Positions 39,538 to 50,086 are shown, counted from the first letter of the stretch. The stretch is 64,000 nt of DNA from Aulosira sp. ZfuVER01 (GCA_034530615.2 JAVRCV020000049.1:224001-288000), one strand, 5' to 3'. Numbers and translations are program-made. The notes: a model not told the origin generated them from the sequence alone.

Positions 39538-40125
39538 ATGGCTTTATACCCAGTTGTTACCAATCAAGTAAGTAAAAATACTCGGCAGATTTTTACACGC
39601 AGGTCATTTTTACCAGAGCATCAAAGCCTGCTTTGGAAGATTGAAACAGGCTTTGTGCGGACTTTTACATATTTAGAAGATGGGACGACAGTGGCTTTAG
39701 GATTGTGGGGGCCAGGAGATATCATTGGTAAACATTTATCTAGGTTAGAACCATATCAAATGGAGTGCTTAACGAAAGTCGAGGCAAAAATCTTACTGAT
39801 AGAAGAATGGGAACGACCTACAGAGACTTTGCTGAGTCACATTAAACAAGCTGAAGAATTGATGGTCATTCGTAGCTATAAAAAGGTAGACACCATGCTA
39901 ATCAAATTACTGGCATGGTTATCCAAAAAGTTCGGTTTAGAAGTTGAGAAAGGACGTTTGATAGATATGCGTCTAACTCATGAAGACCTTGCGGAAATAT
40001 TAGGTTCTACTCGCGTTACTATTACTCGTGTTTTGGGACAATTTGAGCAGGAAGGCTTGATAGACCGTCTTTCTTTGCATCGCATTGTGCTGCGAGAAGA
40101 AGAAATTTGGTATTACGAGATTTAA
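39538..40125 (+). CDS. Crp/Fnr family regulator, CysR-like
   Basis: LWKIETGFVRT...LGLWGPGD; HTH LTHEDLAEILGSTRVTITRVL; start moved to ATG 39538. Confidence 0.88.
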   Translation: MALYPVVTNQVSKNTRQIFTRRSFLPEHQSLLWKIETGFVRTFTYLEDGTTVALGLWGPGDIIGKHLSRLEPYQMECLTKVEAKILLIEEWERPTETLLSHIKQAEELMVIRSYKKVDTMLIKLLAWLSKKFGLEVEKGRLIDMRLTHEDLAEILGSTRVTITRVLGQFEQEGLIDRLSLHRIVLREEEIWYYEI

Positions 40126-40314
40126 GTCCATGAGTTTTGGCGTCTTTCTTTCATCCTGAAAGTACGCCCAGCCAGGATATAGACTGCTGACGACAAGCCT
40201 CTGGCGCATCTACGCACTCAGAGAAATCTCAGCCTGGGCGCGATCGCAGTATTTGAGAGAAATCATGAAAAGATAGAATAGGCTGTTTGTCTAAGACAAA
40301 TAAACTAGATATCT

Positions 40315-40914
40315 ATGAGTTCGACCATTCCCTCTAAAATTCGGAAGTTACCAACTCAAGCAATCGGAGCTAAGATTTTCCACACTGGTAATATCATTAG
40401 TTTGTTTCTCATGCTTACCAGTGGACTGCAAATTTATAATGCCAATCCAGTGTTTGGTGGGCGTGCAGGTTTACATATTTTCCCTCTATTTACATTAGGA
40501 GGTTGGCTAGCTGGGGGTAGACACTGGCATTTTTTCGCCATGTGGTTATTTTCGCTCAATCTCTTGTGGTACGGAGTTTACATTTTAATTACCCGACGTT
40601 GGCGGCATAGATTTGTCGGTGCCAATGACATCAAAGCATTACAAAAAAGCCACAATTCCCAGCGACGGATTTATGCTTGGCATCGCATTGTTTATACAGC
40701 GATTATTCCTATCTTGCTCTTAGCATTATTTACTGGCATAGGGATGTATAAACCTGCACAATTTCCCTGGATTGTCAATATATTTGGCAGTTGGCAAGCA
40801 TTGCGGATTGTTCACTTTGCCTCAGTCCCTATAGTGATTATATTTGCGATCGCTCATTCTCTACTAGGACGTAAAGCTGGGGGTGAGCAACTTACAGAAT
40901 CTATGTTTTGGTAA
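40315..40914 (+). CDS. Cytochrome b/b6-domain membrane protein, partner of the molybdoenzyme
   Basis: SGLQIYNA, GGWLAGGRHWHF and RIVHF heme-His motifs. Confidence 0.85.
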   Translation: MSSTIPSKIRKLPTQAIGAKIFHTGNIISLFLMLTSGLQIYNANPVFGGRAGLHIFPLFTLGGWLAGGRHWHFFAMWLFSLNLLWYGVYILITRRWRHRFVGANDIKALQKSHNSQRRIYAWHRIVYTAIIPILLLALFTGIGMYKPAQFPWIVNIFGSWQALRIVHFASVPIVIIFAIAHSLLGRKAGGEQLTESMFW

Positions 40915-40955
40915 CCTCACGGCTTTTGCTACTAAGGAATTTGAGATTTTTAAAT

Positions 40956-41678
40956 ATGGGTTTAATTCGCATTCATAAACTTCAATTAACACGCCGTCAA
41001 TTTTTCCAAATTTCTGGATTATCTGGTATTGGGTTTCTGCTTGGTGGCTGTGGAACAATGGGTTTTGAAGATTTAGTGGGTAAACTTTCCGAACCGCTAA
41101 ATCAAAAGGTAGAAGCATTGATATTTAATCCCCAAAAGCCAGTACCAGAATTTTCAGCTAGTGAAATTCAACCAGAAGCGTTAATCGTTAATACCTTTAG
41201 AGATACCCCAATTATTGACCAAGAAAAATATCGACTAATTGTAGATGGAGAGGTGAATAATCCCTTAAGTCTGAGTATGACAGAAATTCAGGCTTTACCT
41301 TTAACTTCCACGATCATTCGCCATGTTTGTGTAGAAGGTTGGGCTGCAATTGTCCAGTGGGGTGGTATCCGTTTAAAGGAAATTATTAATCTTGCCCAAC
41401 CAAAACCTAATATCAAGTATGCTTATTTTAAATCAGCCGATGGCTACTATGAAAGTTGGGATATAGCATCAGTATTGCATCCCCAAACTTTATTAGCTTA
41501 TCAAAAGAACGGTGAACCTTTACCAATTGATAATGGCGCACCTCTGCGTTTGGCTTCACCTATCAAACTGGGTTATAAACAGAGTAAATGGGTAACTCAA
41601 ATTACACTAACGAGTTATTTATCACCTTTTAAAGGCTACTGGGAAGACCAAGGTTACGAATGGTTCGCCGGACTGTAA
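40956..41678 (+). CDS. Molybdopterin oxidoreductase, sulfite-oxidase family (MsrP/YuiH-like)
   Basis: TRRQFF...LGGC signal; HVCVEGW, GAPLRL, KLGYKQSKWV and GYWEDQGY motifs. Confidence 0.88.
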   Translation: MGLIRIHKLQLTRRQFFQISGLSGIGFLLGGCGTMGFEDLVGKLSEPLNQKVEALIFNPQKPVPEFSASEIQPEALIVNTFRDTPIIDQEKYRLIVDGEVNNPLSLSMTEIQALPLTSTIIRHVCVEGWAAIVQWGGIRLKEIINLAQPKPNIKYAYFKSADGYYESWDIASVLHPQTLLAYQKNGEPLPIDNGAPLRLASPIKLGYKQSKWVTQITLTSYLSPFKGYWEDQGYEWFAGL

Positions 41679-41735
41679 AAATCAAGAATGAACCTCAACA
41701 AATACAGCTAATAAATTTAGCAAACTTAATTAATT

Positions 41736-43169
41736 ATGAATTTTTTTGATAAACTACACGATAATATTGCCCGCAATCAAAGCTTACTATTTGTAGGACT
41801 CGATCCAAATCCCGAAATGATGCCTGCTTGCTATGAATCTCAAGATATCATGGCTGGCTTATGGAATTGGTTGCAATTTATTATTGCTGAAACTGCTGAT
41901 TTTGTCTGTGCTTATAAGCCAACACTTGGCTTTTATGAAGCATTAGGTATCCCAGGTTTAGAACTACTGCACAAAACTTTAACAGCTATTCCAGACCAAA
42001 TTCCAATTATTTTAGATGCTAAACATAGTGACTTAAATACCAGTACTATTTTCGCTCGCACTGTGTTTACACAATGGCGAGTAGATGCTATTACCCTCAG
42101 CCCTTACACCGGACAAGATCATGTAGCACCATTTTTGGTTTATCCTGATAAGGCTGTATTTATTTTGTGTTGTACATCTAATCCAGGGGCGGAAAGTTTA
42201 CAGCAATATCCTACAAACGAATCACCTTTATATTTGCAAGTAGTAAAAGAATCAAAAAATTGGGGTACTCCAGAACAATTAGGACTAGAAGTGGGAACTA
42301 AAAATCCCGATGTTTTGGCATTGATTCGAGCAGTTGCACCAGAAAGAATTATCATGGCTCGTAGTATCTGGGCAGAGGGTAGCAATCTCAATCAAATTTT
42401 AGCAGCAGGCTTGAATAAGAATGGTGATGGATTGCTGATTCCTGTACCTCAAGATATGTTAGGAAACTCACAATTAGCTCAAGAAATCCAGTCTCTACAG
42501 ACAGAAATTAATCAAGCTAAAAATAACATTATCCAGGATAATTCTACCTGCTCTTTATGGGTACCAGATGTCTGCTTTTTAAATCAACACCCACAGCAAG
42601 ATTTAATTTTACAACTGTATGATATTGGCTGCATCATGTTTGGTAACTTTGTGCAAGCATCTGGAGCAATATTTCCATATTACATTGACTTACGTAAAAT
42701 TATTTCTAATCCTCAAGTTTTTAATCAAGTTCTGAGTGCTTATGAGCAGATTTTGCAAAACCTGAATTTTGATAGGATAGCAGGTATTCCCTACGGTTCT
42801 TTACCCACCGCCACCGGTTTAGCTTTACGCCTTAATTATCCAATGATATTTCCACGTAAGGAAGTAAAAGCACACGGAACTCGCAAGGTAATTGAAGGTA
42901 ACTTCCATCCTGGGGAAACTGTTGTGGTTGTTGATGATATTCTTATCAGTGGCAAAAGTGTGATGGAAGGTGCAGAAAAATTACAGTCTGCCGGACTAAA
43001 CGTTAATGATATTGTGGTATTTATCGACCATGAACAAGGAGTAAAAAATAGGTTAAAAGAAAATGGTTACAACAGTTATGCAGTTTTAACGATTTCCGAA
43101 ATTACAGAAACGCTGTATCAAGCAGGACGTATAAGTGAAGAGCAATTTTTAGCTTTTAAAGAAAGTTAG
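41736..43169 (+). CDS. pyrF-pyrE: Fused OMP decarboxylase / orotate phosphoribosyltransferase
   Basis: VGLDP, AYKP, LDAKHSD; then YIDLR, RKEVKAHG and VVVVDDILISG. Confidence 0.9.
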   Translation: MNFFDKLHDNIARNQSLLFVGLDPNPEMMPACYESQDIMAGLWNWLQFIIAETADFVCAYKPTLGFYEALGIPGLELLHKTLTAIPDQIPIILDAKHSDLNTSTIFARTVFTQWRVDAITLSPYTGQDHVAPFLVYPDKAVFILCCTSNPGAESLQQYPTNESPLYLQVVKESKNWGTPEQLGLEVGTKNPDVLALIRAVAPERIIMARSIWAEGSNLNQILAAGLNKNGDGLLIPVPQDMLGNSQLAQEIQSLQTEINQAKNNIIQDNSTCSLWVPDVCFLNQHPQQDLILQLYDIGCIMFGNFVQASGAIFPYYIDLRKIISNPQVFNQVLSAYEQILQNLNFDRIAGIPYGSLPTATGLALRLNYPMIFPRKEVKAHGTRKVIEGNFHPGETVVVVDDILISGKSVMEGAEKLQSAGLNVNDIVVFIDHEQGVKNRLKENGYNSYAVLTISEITETLYQAGRISEEQFLAFKES

Positions 43170-43312
43170 GACTGCTATACAGAATAGAAAAATCAAAAGT
43201 TATGTATTCTAAGTTTCTGGATAATTTGTCAAGGATTAAGCATCTCATCCTAGAATCAATATCGATGAATAATCAACAAATTTAAGGAATATTTATTCCG
43301 CTATATTGCAAA

Positions 43313-44419
43313 TTGATGATGAACATTTCTCTAAATCAACTGATTAAAATATTAATTTTTACACTGCTGTTTCCCTTAGTATTCCTTAATGGTTGGCTAG
43401 CATTTCAATTTTTCAAATACTTTCAACCTATAGTGACAATTTTAGTGCTAGCAAGTTTACTTGCTTTTATTTTAAACTATCCTGTTTCAATTCTTCAAAA
43501 ACGTGGTATTGCACGCAATTATGCTGTAGGATTAGTTTTCATATCAGCTTTAATAGTATTTATCGGTTTAGGGATTATTTTATTACCCATTGTATTAGAA
43601 CAATTTAATGAAATGGTTAAATTGCTACCACAATGGATTGATGCAAATGAAGCAAAACTCCAAAGTTTAAATAATTCAGATTTAAATCAAAAATTGAAAG
43701 TTAATATAGGTCAAATATTAACTCAAGTTACCGATCGCGTCCCTGATGAATTAGAATATTTATTTAATCACTTGCTAACTATTGTCAAAGATACTATTGA
43801 TAGCCTTTCGGAAGTAATAGTAACAGTCGTATTAACTTTTTATTTATTAATAGATGGAAAACGAATCTGGGAGGGTATCTTTAACAAGATACCTTGGGGC
43901 TTTGCACAGAAAATAAGAGAATCTCTGCAACTAAATTTTCAAAATTACTTGATTGGTCAAGTAAGTTTAGCTTTAATCATGGGAGTTGCCGAAACTTTAT
44001 TATTTTTAGTTTTTCAAGTCCAGTTTGCTTTACTTTTTGGTTTAGGAGTGGGGCTTTTAAGCTTAATTCCCTTTGGTGATGTTATCAGCTTAATTATAAT
44101 TATTTTAATTATCGCCTCTCATAATCTTTGGCTAGCAGTGAAGATTTTTGCAGTAGCTATTATTATAGACCAGTTAATTGACCAAGCGATCGCACCTCGT
44201 CTTTTAGGGCGTTTTACAGGCCTTAGACCGATATGGGTGATAATTTCCTTACTAGTAGGAACTTATATAGGGGGCTTATTGGGTTTGCTAATTGGTGTAC
44301 CTGTGGCTGGGTTTATTAAAGATGCAGCAGATGGTTTTGTGTCTATATCTGATGATGCTAATAATGTAATTGAGGGTAAAGAAATATCGGAAATATTAAC
44401 AGAAGAATCAACTTCTTAA
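43313..44419 (+). CDS. AI-2E family transporter
   Basis: LAFILNYPV, LIPFG, APRLLG and GLLIGVP motifs. Confidence 0.88.
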   Translation: MMMNISLNQLIKILIFTLLFPLVFLNGWLAFQFFKYFQPIVTILVLASLLAFILNYPVSILQKRGIARNYAVGLVFISALIVFIGLGIILLPIVLEQFNEMVKLLPQWIDANEAKLQSLNNSDLNQKLKVNIGQILTQVTDRVPDELEYLFNHLLTIVKDTIDSLSEVIVTVVLTFYLLIDGKRIWEGIFNKIPWGFAQKIRESLQLNFQNYLIGQVSLALIMGVAETLLFLVFQVQFALLFGLGVGLLSLIPFGDVISLIIIILIIASHNLWLAVKIFAVAIIIDQLIDQAIAPRLLGRFTGLRPIWVIISLLVGTYIGGLLGLLIGVPVAGFIKDAADGFVSISDDANNVIEGKEISEILTEESTS

Positions 44420-44431
44420 CTACCTCACGAA

Positions 44432-45121
44432 TTACGAAGCAATTCTTAACATTTGATTTCCACCAATCTGTAGTTCATATTCGACTTTTTCAATCTCTAC
44501 ATTGTAACCTTTGGCAGTGTAATGCTTGATTATTGCATCTAAATGTGGAGAAGGTTTCAACATTAAAGTTATTAAAGGAAATATCCTAATTTCCTTAGCG
44601 ATACGTAGCATCTCCTCAATTGAATTGAGGTGAAAATTATAAGTGTAATGATCTGAATATAAAAATAAAAAGTGCGAACAAAGCGCTAGATCAAATGCTT
44701 GGTTTGGATATGCTAATTTTGGCAATTCACCAACTTGGTATCTATGATTTTTCTTACCAGCATCATAATCAGCAATAAATTTTTGGATAACTTTTACTCG
44801 ATTAGAACGTAAATCATCTGGAGATTTGTGATAGCTCCATACCCAATCATTAGGTGTAGCTTTAACTTGGTTAATGATGTTATCAACAACTTGATTAAAG
44901 CGTTGCAAAATTTCATCACCAGAAAATTGGTAAAGCGGATCAACTGAAACCACACTTTTCCCTTTATCTGTCATTTCAGTATTAAAACTAGCTGGCCCAT
45001 CCCCAATACCAATCATCTTTTTATTTAAATCTGTTTCTGTTAAATTGAAAATTTTGATATATTCATCCATTGACCTCCCAAAAGGAACGACTTGATCGAG
45101 AACCATTGCCATATCATTCAC
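44432..45121 (-). CDS. Putative SAM-dependent methyltransferase
   Basis: GDGPASF, DPLY, LALCSHFLFLY and EIRIFPL motifs. Confidence 0.75.
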   Translation of the reverse strand: MNDMAMVLDQVVPFGRSMDEYIKIFNLTETDLNKKMIGIGDGPASFNTEMTDKGKSVVSVDPLYQFSGDEILQRFNQVVDNIINQVKATPNDWVWSYHKSPDDLRSNRVKVIQKFIADYDAGKKNHRYQVGELPKLAYPNQAFDLALCSHFLFLYSDHYTYNFHLNSIEEMLRIAKEIRIFPLITLMLKPSPHLDAIIKHYTAKGYNVEIEKVEYELQIGGNQMLRIAS

Positions 45122-45367
45122 CTCATGAGTTTATCCGCACAGGATAATCACAATATTCAGAATATTTTTCCTAATTTTATACCAATTTCAAAAAATAAGG
45201 TGATAAATGGGTAGGGAATAATGTTGTATTCTCCAGAAGAATTTATATATCGCAAACATTATCAGAATTGGCATTACGTTAAGAATTAGACTTTACAAAA
45301 CGCTAATTATATGGATTTATCGGTTTGAATACAACAGCGATCGCAGGCTAGCATTTCTGCCAGATAT

Positions 45368-45928
45368 CTAAAATTGTTTATCCTCATCTGCACCTATTGT
45401 GATACGGCAATTATTCAACAGTGAATCCAGTTCTTTGACAACTTTAAAAGGATTTCTCCCAGTAAACACAGATGCGATCGCAGCTTCAGAAGGATTTCTG
45501 CCTGTACGCTTTACGGCTTTTATGGCAGCTTTATTCGATAATCCCCGAACGCTGACTAACCATGCAGCTAGTACATGTCCAGTACGTCCAATACCACCAG
45601 AACAATGGACAACAACCTTCTCGCCTTGTTTGTCGGCTGCTATTAAAAAAGGAAGTATTTTCGTTGTCAGTGTTTTTAGATCGCATAGATGGAAGTCTTC
45701 AATTGGTGCCCAACAAACTTGCAGATTACCAAATTCTTGTTCATATCTGTTGATAAGATTAACAGAATAATTAACTAATTGTTTTTCAGGAAGTAGGCAA
45801 CAAACTCGCTTGACATCTTGCTGCTTCATGAACTCAATCCAATTATCTACTTTCTGAGTTAAATACCCAGGTCGCGCTGCACCAAATACTATTGGTTCAT
45901 TCTCACCAGCCGGAGCAAATTTATACAT
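45368..45928 (-). CDS. Dual-specificity/tyrosine protein phosphatase
   Basis: VHCSGGIGRTG (HCX5R) and PIEDF. Confidence 0.92.
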   Translation of the reverse strand: MYKFAPAGENEPIVFGAARPGYLTQKVDNWIEFMKQQDVKRVCCLLPEKQLVNYSVNLINRYEQEFGNLQVCWAPIEDFHLCDLKTLTTKILPFLIAADKQGEKVVVHCSGGIGRTGHVLAAWLVSVRGLSNKAAIKAVKRTGRNPSEAAIASVFTGRNPFKVVKELDSLLNNCRITIGADEDKQF

Positions 45929-45974
45929 TTCTAGATATCTAACATCTGCATTCTCTGATTTTAACTTTTAGCCA

Positions 45975-46085
45975 GTAGTGGTGTGGCAAGACTAAAATGT
46001 TGCAATAAAAAATGTTCGTAGTTGCGCTTTAGCGCCCTATCAATTATAAATTTAATGCACAACTTTAGCCTTGAAACGCTACTAC
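45975..46085. mobile_element. Degenerate MITE-like element
   Basis: GTAGTGGTGTGGCAAGACTAA versus TTAGCCTTGAAACGCTACTAC inverted ends. Confidence 0.45.
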
Positions 46086-46102
46086 TTAATTTGGACAGAC
46101 AA

Positions 46103-46180
46103 CTAGTACAGCACGGCGTAAAGAAAGCTACTGTTTCAAACAGTCACATTTGACTTTTGACTTACGCCTTGCGGTACTAG
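46103..46180. mobile_element. MITE-like element at the stop codon of the GGDEF-EAL gene
   Basis: CTAGTACAGCACGGCGTAA and TTACGCCTTGCGGTACTAG inverted ends. Confidence 0.6.
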
Positions 46181-48816
46181 GGCTTTAATTGTTCTTTTTG
46201 CAGTATTTCTGTAATTTTCTGGGCGCAAAGCGGTCGGTAGAACAAATAACCCTGTACATCCTCACAATTAATAGATTTCAAAAATTCTAGTTCTTCTGGC
46301 TTTTCTACGCCTTCAGCAGTAAGCCGTAACCCTAAACTTTGCCCTAGTACTACGATCGCCTTAACAATATGAGCAACTTTTTGATCCGTTGTCAACTCTT
46401 GAATAAAAGACTTATCAATTTTCAGATGATGTAGTGGCAAAAGCTGTAGGCGCGATAGAGAAGAATGACCTGTCCCAAAGTCATCGATAGAAAGGTAAAT
46501 ACCCATCTGCTTTAAATTTTCCAGCACATTTCTGGTGAACTCTAAATCTTCAATAGCGGTTGATTCTGTAATTTCTAACTCCAAAAACTTCGGATTTAGA
46601 CCTGTCTCTTGTAAGATGCTAGCCAATGTGTCCACCAGATTCGGTTGGCGGAACTGTTTTAGAGAGAGATTGACGGCGACAGTAAGCTGAGGCAAACCTG
46701 CTTCTTGCCAAGCTTTATTTTGCCTACAAGCTGTTCTGATTACCCATTCTCCAATGGGGACAATCAATCCACTTTCTTCGGCAAGGGGAATAAAAATATT
46801 AGGCGCTACTAGTCCCATCTCCGGATGCTGCCAGCGTAATAGAGCCTCCATGCCAGTAATGTCTCCCGTGGCAATATTTACCCGAGGCTGGTAGTACAGC
46901 ATGAATTCATCCCGTTCTAGTGCATAGCGCAAACTCTTCTCTAATGTCAAGAGTTCAGGCGTCTTAGTACTTAGAGAAGTGTTGTATAACTGGTAATTAT
47001 TTCTCCCGGCATCCTTTGCATAATACAAAGCTGCATCCGAATGTTGGATTAGGGTTTCAGCATCAGGGCTATGTTCGTTGAACAGAGCAATGCCTAGACT
47101 GGCGCTCACATAGAGTTCGTGCCCTTCTATTTCAAAGGGATTCTCTAAAGCTTGGAGAATTCTCTGGGCTACCTGTTTTACCTCTTCAAGATAATTAACT
47201 TGGGGCAGTAGGATAGTAAATTCATCACCTCCCCAACGGGCAACAGTGTCCCCAATTCTGAGGCAGTCTTTCAATCTTTGAGCTACGGATTTTAACAGAA
47301 TGTCTCCTAATGTATGCCCCAAAGTGTCATTGATCACCTTGAAACGATCTAGATCGAGAAACATTACAGCTAGACTTTCTTTACTGCAAGCTGCATTAGG
47401 TAAAGCTTTATCCAACAGTTCATTAAAGAGTAGGCGGTTGGGTAAACCTGTGAGCAAATCATGAAGAGCTTGGTAACGAATTCTTTCTTCTACTTGCTGA
47501 CGCTGCCAAGCACCGCTGATACTAGCTGCCATAGTCAATAGAGTTGACTCTTCGTGTCTTGACCAGTGACGTTCTTGTGAACAGTCTGCCAAGCCCAAGT
47601 AACCCCAAAACTTATCCTCCAGACACAGAGGTACTAAGAAGATAGATTGAATCTTATCTCTAGTAAGAATCTTTTGTTCAGCAATAGGAAAGTCACGGGT
47701 AAGTCCAATGATGGATTGTCCCTGTGAGAGTGCAGTGTACCAACGGGCTAGTCCAGAAGAATCATAGGGCTGATTCTGCCAGTGATGGCGTGAAGGCTCA
47801 ATATGCGATCGCGTCCATTCAAATCTGAGACTGACTGCCATCTCTTTGGTAGTTGGGTGGATATGGTTTTTGAAGAGATAGGCACGATCTACTTCAGCAG
47901 CTTCACCCAACATAGCCAAAGCTTTCTCAACACCGCTTTCGTAGTTCATTTCCACCAGCAAATAATTGGCAGCTTCCGCGACTGCTTGTAGTAGACGGTC
48001 TCGCTGGCGAAGTTCGGCGGTTGCTCGTTTTTGCTCTGTAATATCCCTAATAATAAAAGTTCTAATTAAATCACTCTCAGGAAGGTAATGAATCGATTGT
48101 TCAAAAACTTCTGTACCAACTTCTACCTCACGAACAAAAGAATTGACCTCTCGATTCTCAATTGCACTCAGCAGTCCTGCCAAAACTGGATGATGCTCCC
48201 CGGCTTCCCTTAATCTGGGAAACTTCAAAGATGCGGCGGGATTGAGATAGATGACTGTTCCCTCTGTATCCATTTCGATAATTGGATTAGGGATAAGCTC
48301 TGGGAAGGATGCTAGGCGGGCTAGCACTGTTTCACTAGCTCCTTCAAAGTTAGAATCAGGAGCAACTAAGGTTTCAAAAGGATTGGCAGGATTGGCTTGC
48401 TCCGACAGGAAGCTAGATATATCTTCAACTGTAAAAGATTCAGTAAAAGCTTTTTCGGACAGATTGGAAATAGCATAGTATTTCGCACTAACTTGGTTGT
48501 TACCAAATGCAATGACATCTCCATGCTGAAGGTTATGAGAAAAGCATTTAGTAGCATTAACAAATACACCATTCGTACTTTTTTTTCCTTTAAAGTCGCC
48601 ATCGATAATCCGAAAACCATATTGATCGGTTTCGGGAATAGTTACCCTTAATAAAATGGCGTGCTGTCTCGACACGGAGCGCGAACGGAGGACAATAGCG
48701 TTTCTCGAATCCCGTCCGAGAGAATAAGTAGCCTCCTGAAGGGGAATAGTTCGTTGCCCTTGCAAATCTTTGACAACCAAAATGTGACGTATTTTTTCCC
48801 GTTCATTTGCTGCCAT
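46177..48816 (-). CDS. FHA-PAS-GAF-GGDEF-EAL signalling protein
   Basis: FHA GR...SRQHA...STNG; RWGGDEF; EALLRW; DDFGTG. Confidence 0.93.
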   Translation of the reverse strand: MAANEREKIRHILVVKDLQGQRTIPLQEATYSLGRDSRNAIVLRSRSVSRQHAILLRVTIPETDQYGFRIIDGDFKGKKSTNGVFVNATKCFSHNLQHGDVIAFGNNQVSAKYYAISNLSEKAFTESFTVEDISSFLSEQANPANPFETLVAPDSNFEGASETVLARLASFPELIPNPIIEMDTEGTVIYLNPAASLKFPRLREAGEHHPVLAGLLSAIENREVNSFVREVEVGTEVFEQSIHYLPESDLIRTFIIRDITEQKRATAELRQRDRLLQAVAEAANYLLVEMNYESGVEKALAMLGEAAEVDRAYLFKNHIHPTTKEMAVSLRFEWTRSHIEPSRHHWQNQPYDSSGLARWYTALSQGQSIIGLTRDFPIAEQKILTRDKIQSIFLVPLCLEDKFWGYLGLADCSQERHWSRHEESTLLTMAASISGAWQRQQVEERIRYQALHDLLTGLPNRLLFNELLDKALPNAACSKESLAVMFLDLDRFKVINDTLGHTLGDILLKSVAQRLKDCLRIGDTVARWGGDEFTILLPQVNYLEEVKQVAQRILQALENPFEIEGHELYVSASLGIALFNEHSPDAETLIQHSDAALYYAKDAGRNNYQLYNTSLSTKTPELLTLEKSLRYALERDEFMLYYQPRVNIATGDITGMEALLRWQHPEMGLVAPNIFIPLAEESGLIVPIGEWVIRTACRQNKAWQEAGLPQLTVAVNLSLKQFRQPNLVDTLASILQETGLNPKFLELEITESTAIEDLEFTRNVLENLKQMGIYLSIDDFGTGHSSLSRLQLLPLHHLKIDKSFIQELTTDQKVAHIVKAIVVLGQSLGLRLTAEGVEKPEELEFLKSINCEDVQGYLFYRPLCAQKITEILQKEQLKP

Positions 48817-49195
48817 GCCTTTTCCTCACATTCTCATATCTTGGGGGTCTTCGTTGGAAAAAATTACTCCAATAAGTCCTAACTTTGAGCTTCTACTTCT
48901 TGGATAAAGCTACTCAATCAATCCGATCGCTATTTATGAGAGGATTGCCTGGTCATGATTCCAGAATTTGGCTATCTAGAACGATATGCCTAATTATCTA
49001 GCCAGTTTTTCCCAGAGGAATCCTAGGCGTTTTCTCAACTCACTAGAATGATTGGAAAATTTGGCCTTATGGTCACATCTCTCGACTTTTTTTGTGTATT
49101 CACTCCCCAGAATAAATTCAAATACCTCTAAAGATGTATGGTATATTTGCGGATTTTTTGCATATTGACCAACTGTGTGGGTAGGCAGTCTTGAT

Positions 49196-49321
49196 GAAAA
49201 CTCTACCCACAAGGGGATGGAGTTTTTGGGCATGGGGAAGATGTACCGCCACAATGCCCCAAGCGACGGGCGAAACAACCTCTTGCACCCACAAGGGAAT
49301 GAAGTTTACCGTCGCTTTCAA
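49196..49321 (+). mobile_element. 126-bp non-autonomous IS200/IS605 derivative with ISDra2-like ends
   Basis: Preceded by TTGAT and ends in TTCAA; two subterminal hairpins both containing ACCCACAAGGG. Confidence 0.7.
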
Positions 49322-49957
49322 TGAAAAGGTTTCATCGCGCCTTCAGACAAGGGAGCAGGGGAATGAGGGAGATGAGGAAGCAAGGAGAGCAGCTAAAGCG
49401 ATCGCACTTTGTCTCTAAAATTTGAAATTGCTCACAGCTGAGGAGTTATATCGCTACAACATTACTAGGAAAAGTAAAGTTTAATTGCAATAAGAATTCG
49501 CCCCAAGATAAGAGTGATAACTTATTAACAAGAGCTAATCAGCTTCCCTGGCAGATCCAACAGCCAAGTCCCATAGTTAAATTAAGTAAAGAGGTAAAAA
49601 CGCTGTTTCAATATCTGTCTCGTCAACTAACAGCAACACCCAAATCGAACACTTACGTTTCCTCAAAGTAGTACTTAACAGGGGGCGATGTAACTGATTT
49701 TTTAATGGCATTTCCACAGTCATGTAATCAGTACAACCCCAGATAGTAGTGAAGAAAAGAGAGGAAAAACTAAGCTAGTGAAAGTTTGGGTGTTGTTGTT
49801 TTAAGTATACAAATTTCTCAAGCAATATTTCGGCGATGTCTATCGACAAGAAGCAGAGCTTCTACGCACCTTTTTAAATACGTACAAATAAACACCGATA
49901 AATTATCTATATTTATCGGTGTAAATGTGTGTTGATTTGTTCTTGAAAGAGGTTGTA

Positions 49958-50075
49958 ATATGATGTCCGGCAAATTACCATCAATATGTGATTGCGAGTG
50001 AAACGACGCAATTGCAAGGTTTTTGGGATTGCTTCCCTACGGTCGCAATGACGGTTATTTAAACGGACATGATAT
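49958..50075. mobile_element. MITE-like element, same end family as 3506-3622, with internal REP-like palindrome
   Basis: ATATGATGTCCG and CGGACATGATAT ends; internal ATTGCGA...TCGCAAT. Confidence 0.55.
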
Positions 50076-50086
50076 AGCTTGAAACT

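Noticed and set aside
48994..49418. Three short overlapping ORFs
   Set aside because: They span the miniature IS200/IS605 element and short repeats, with no protein features
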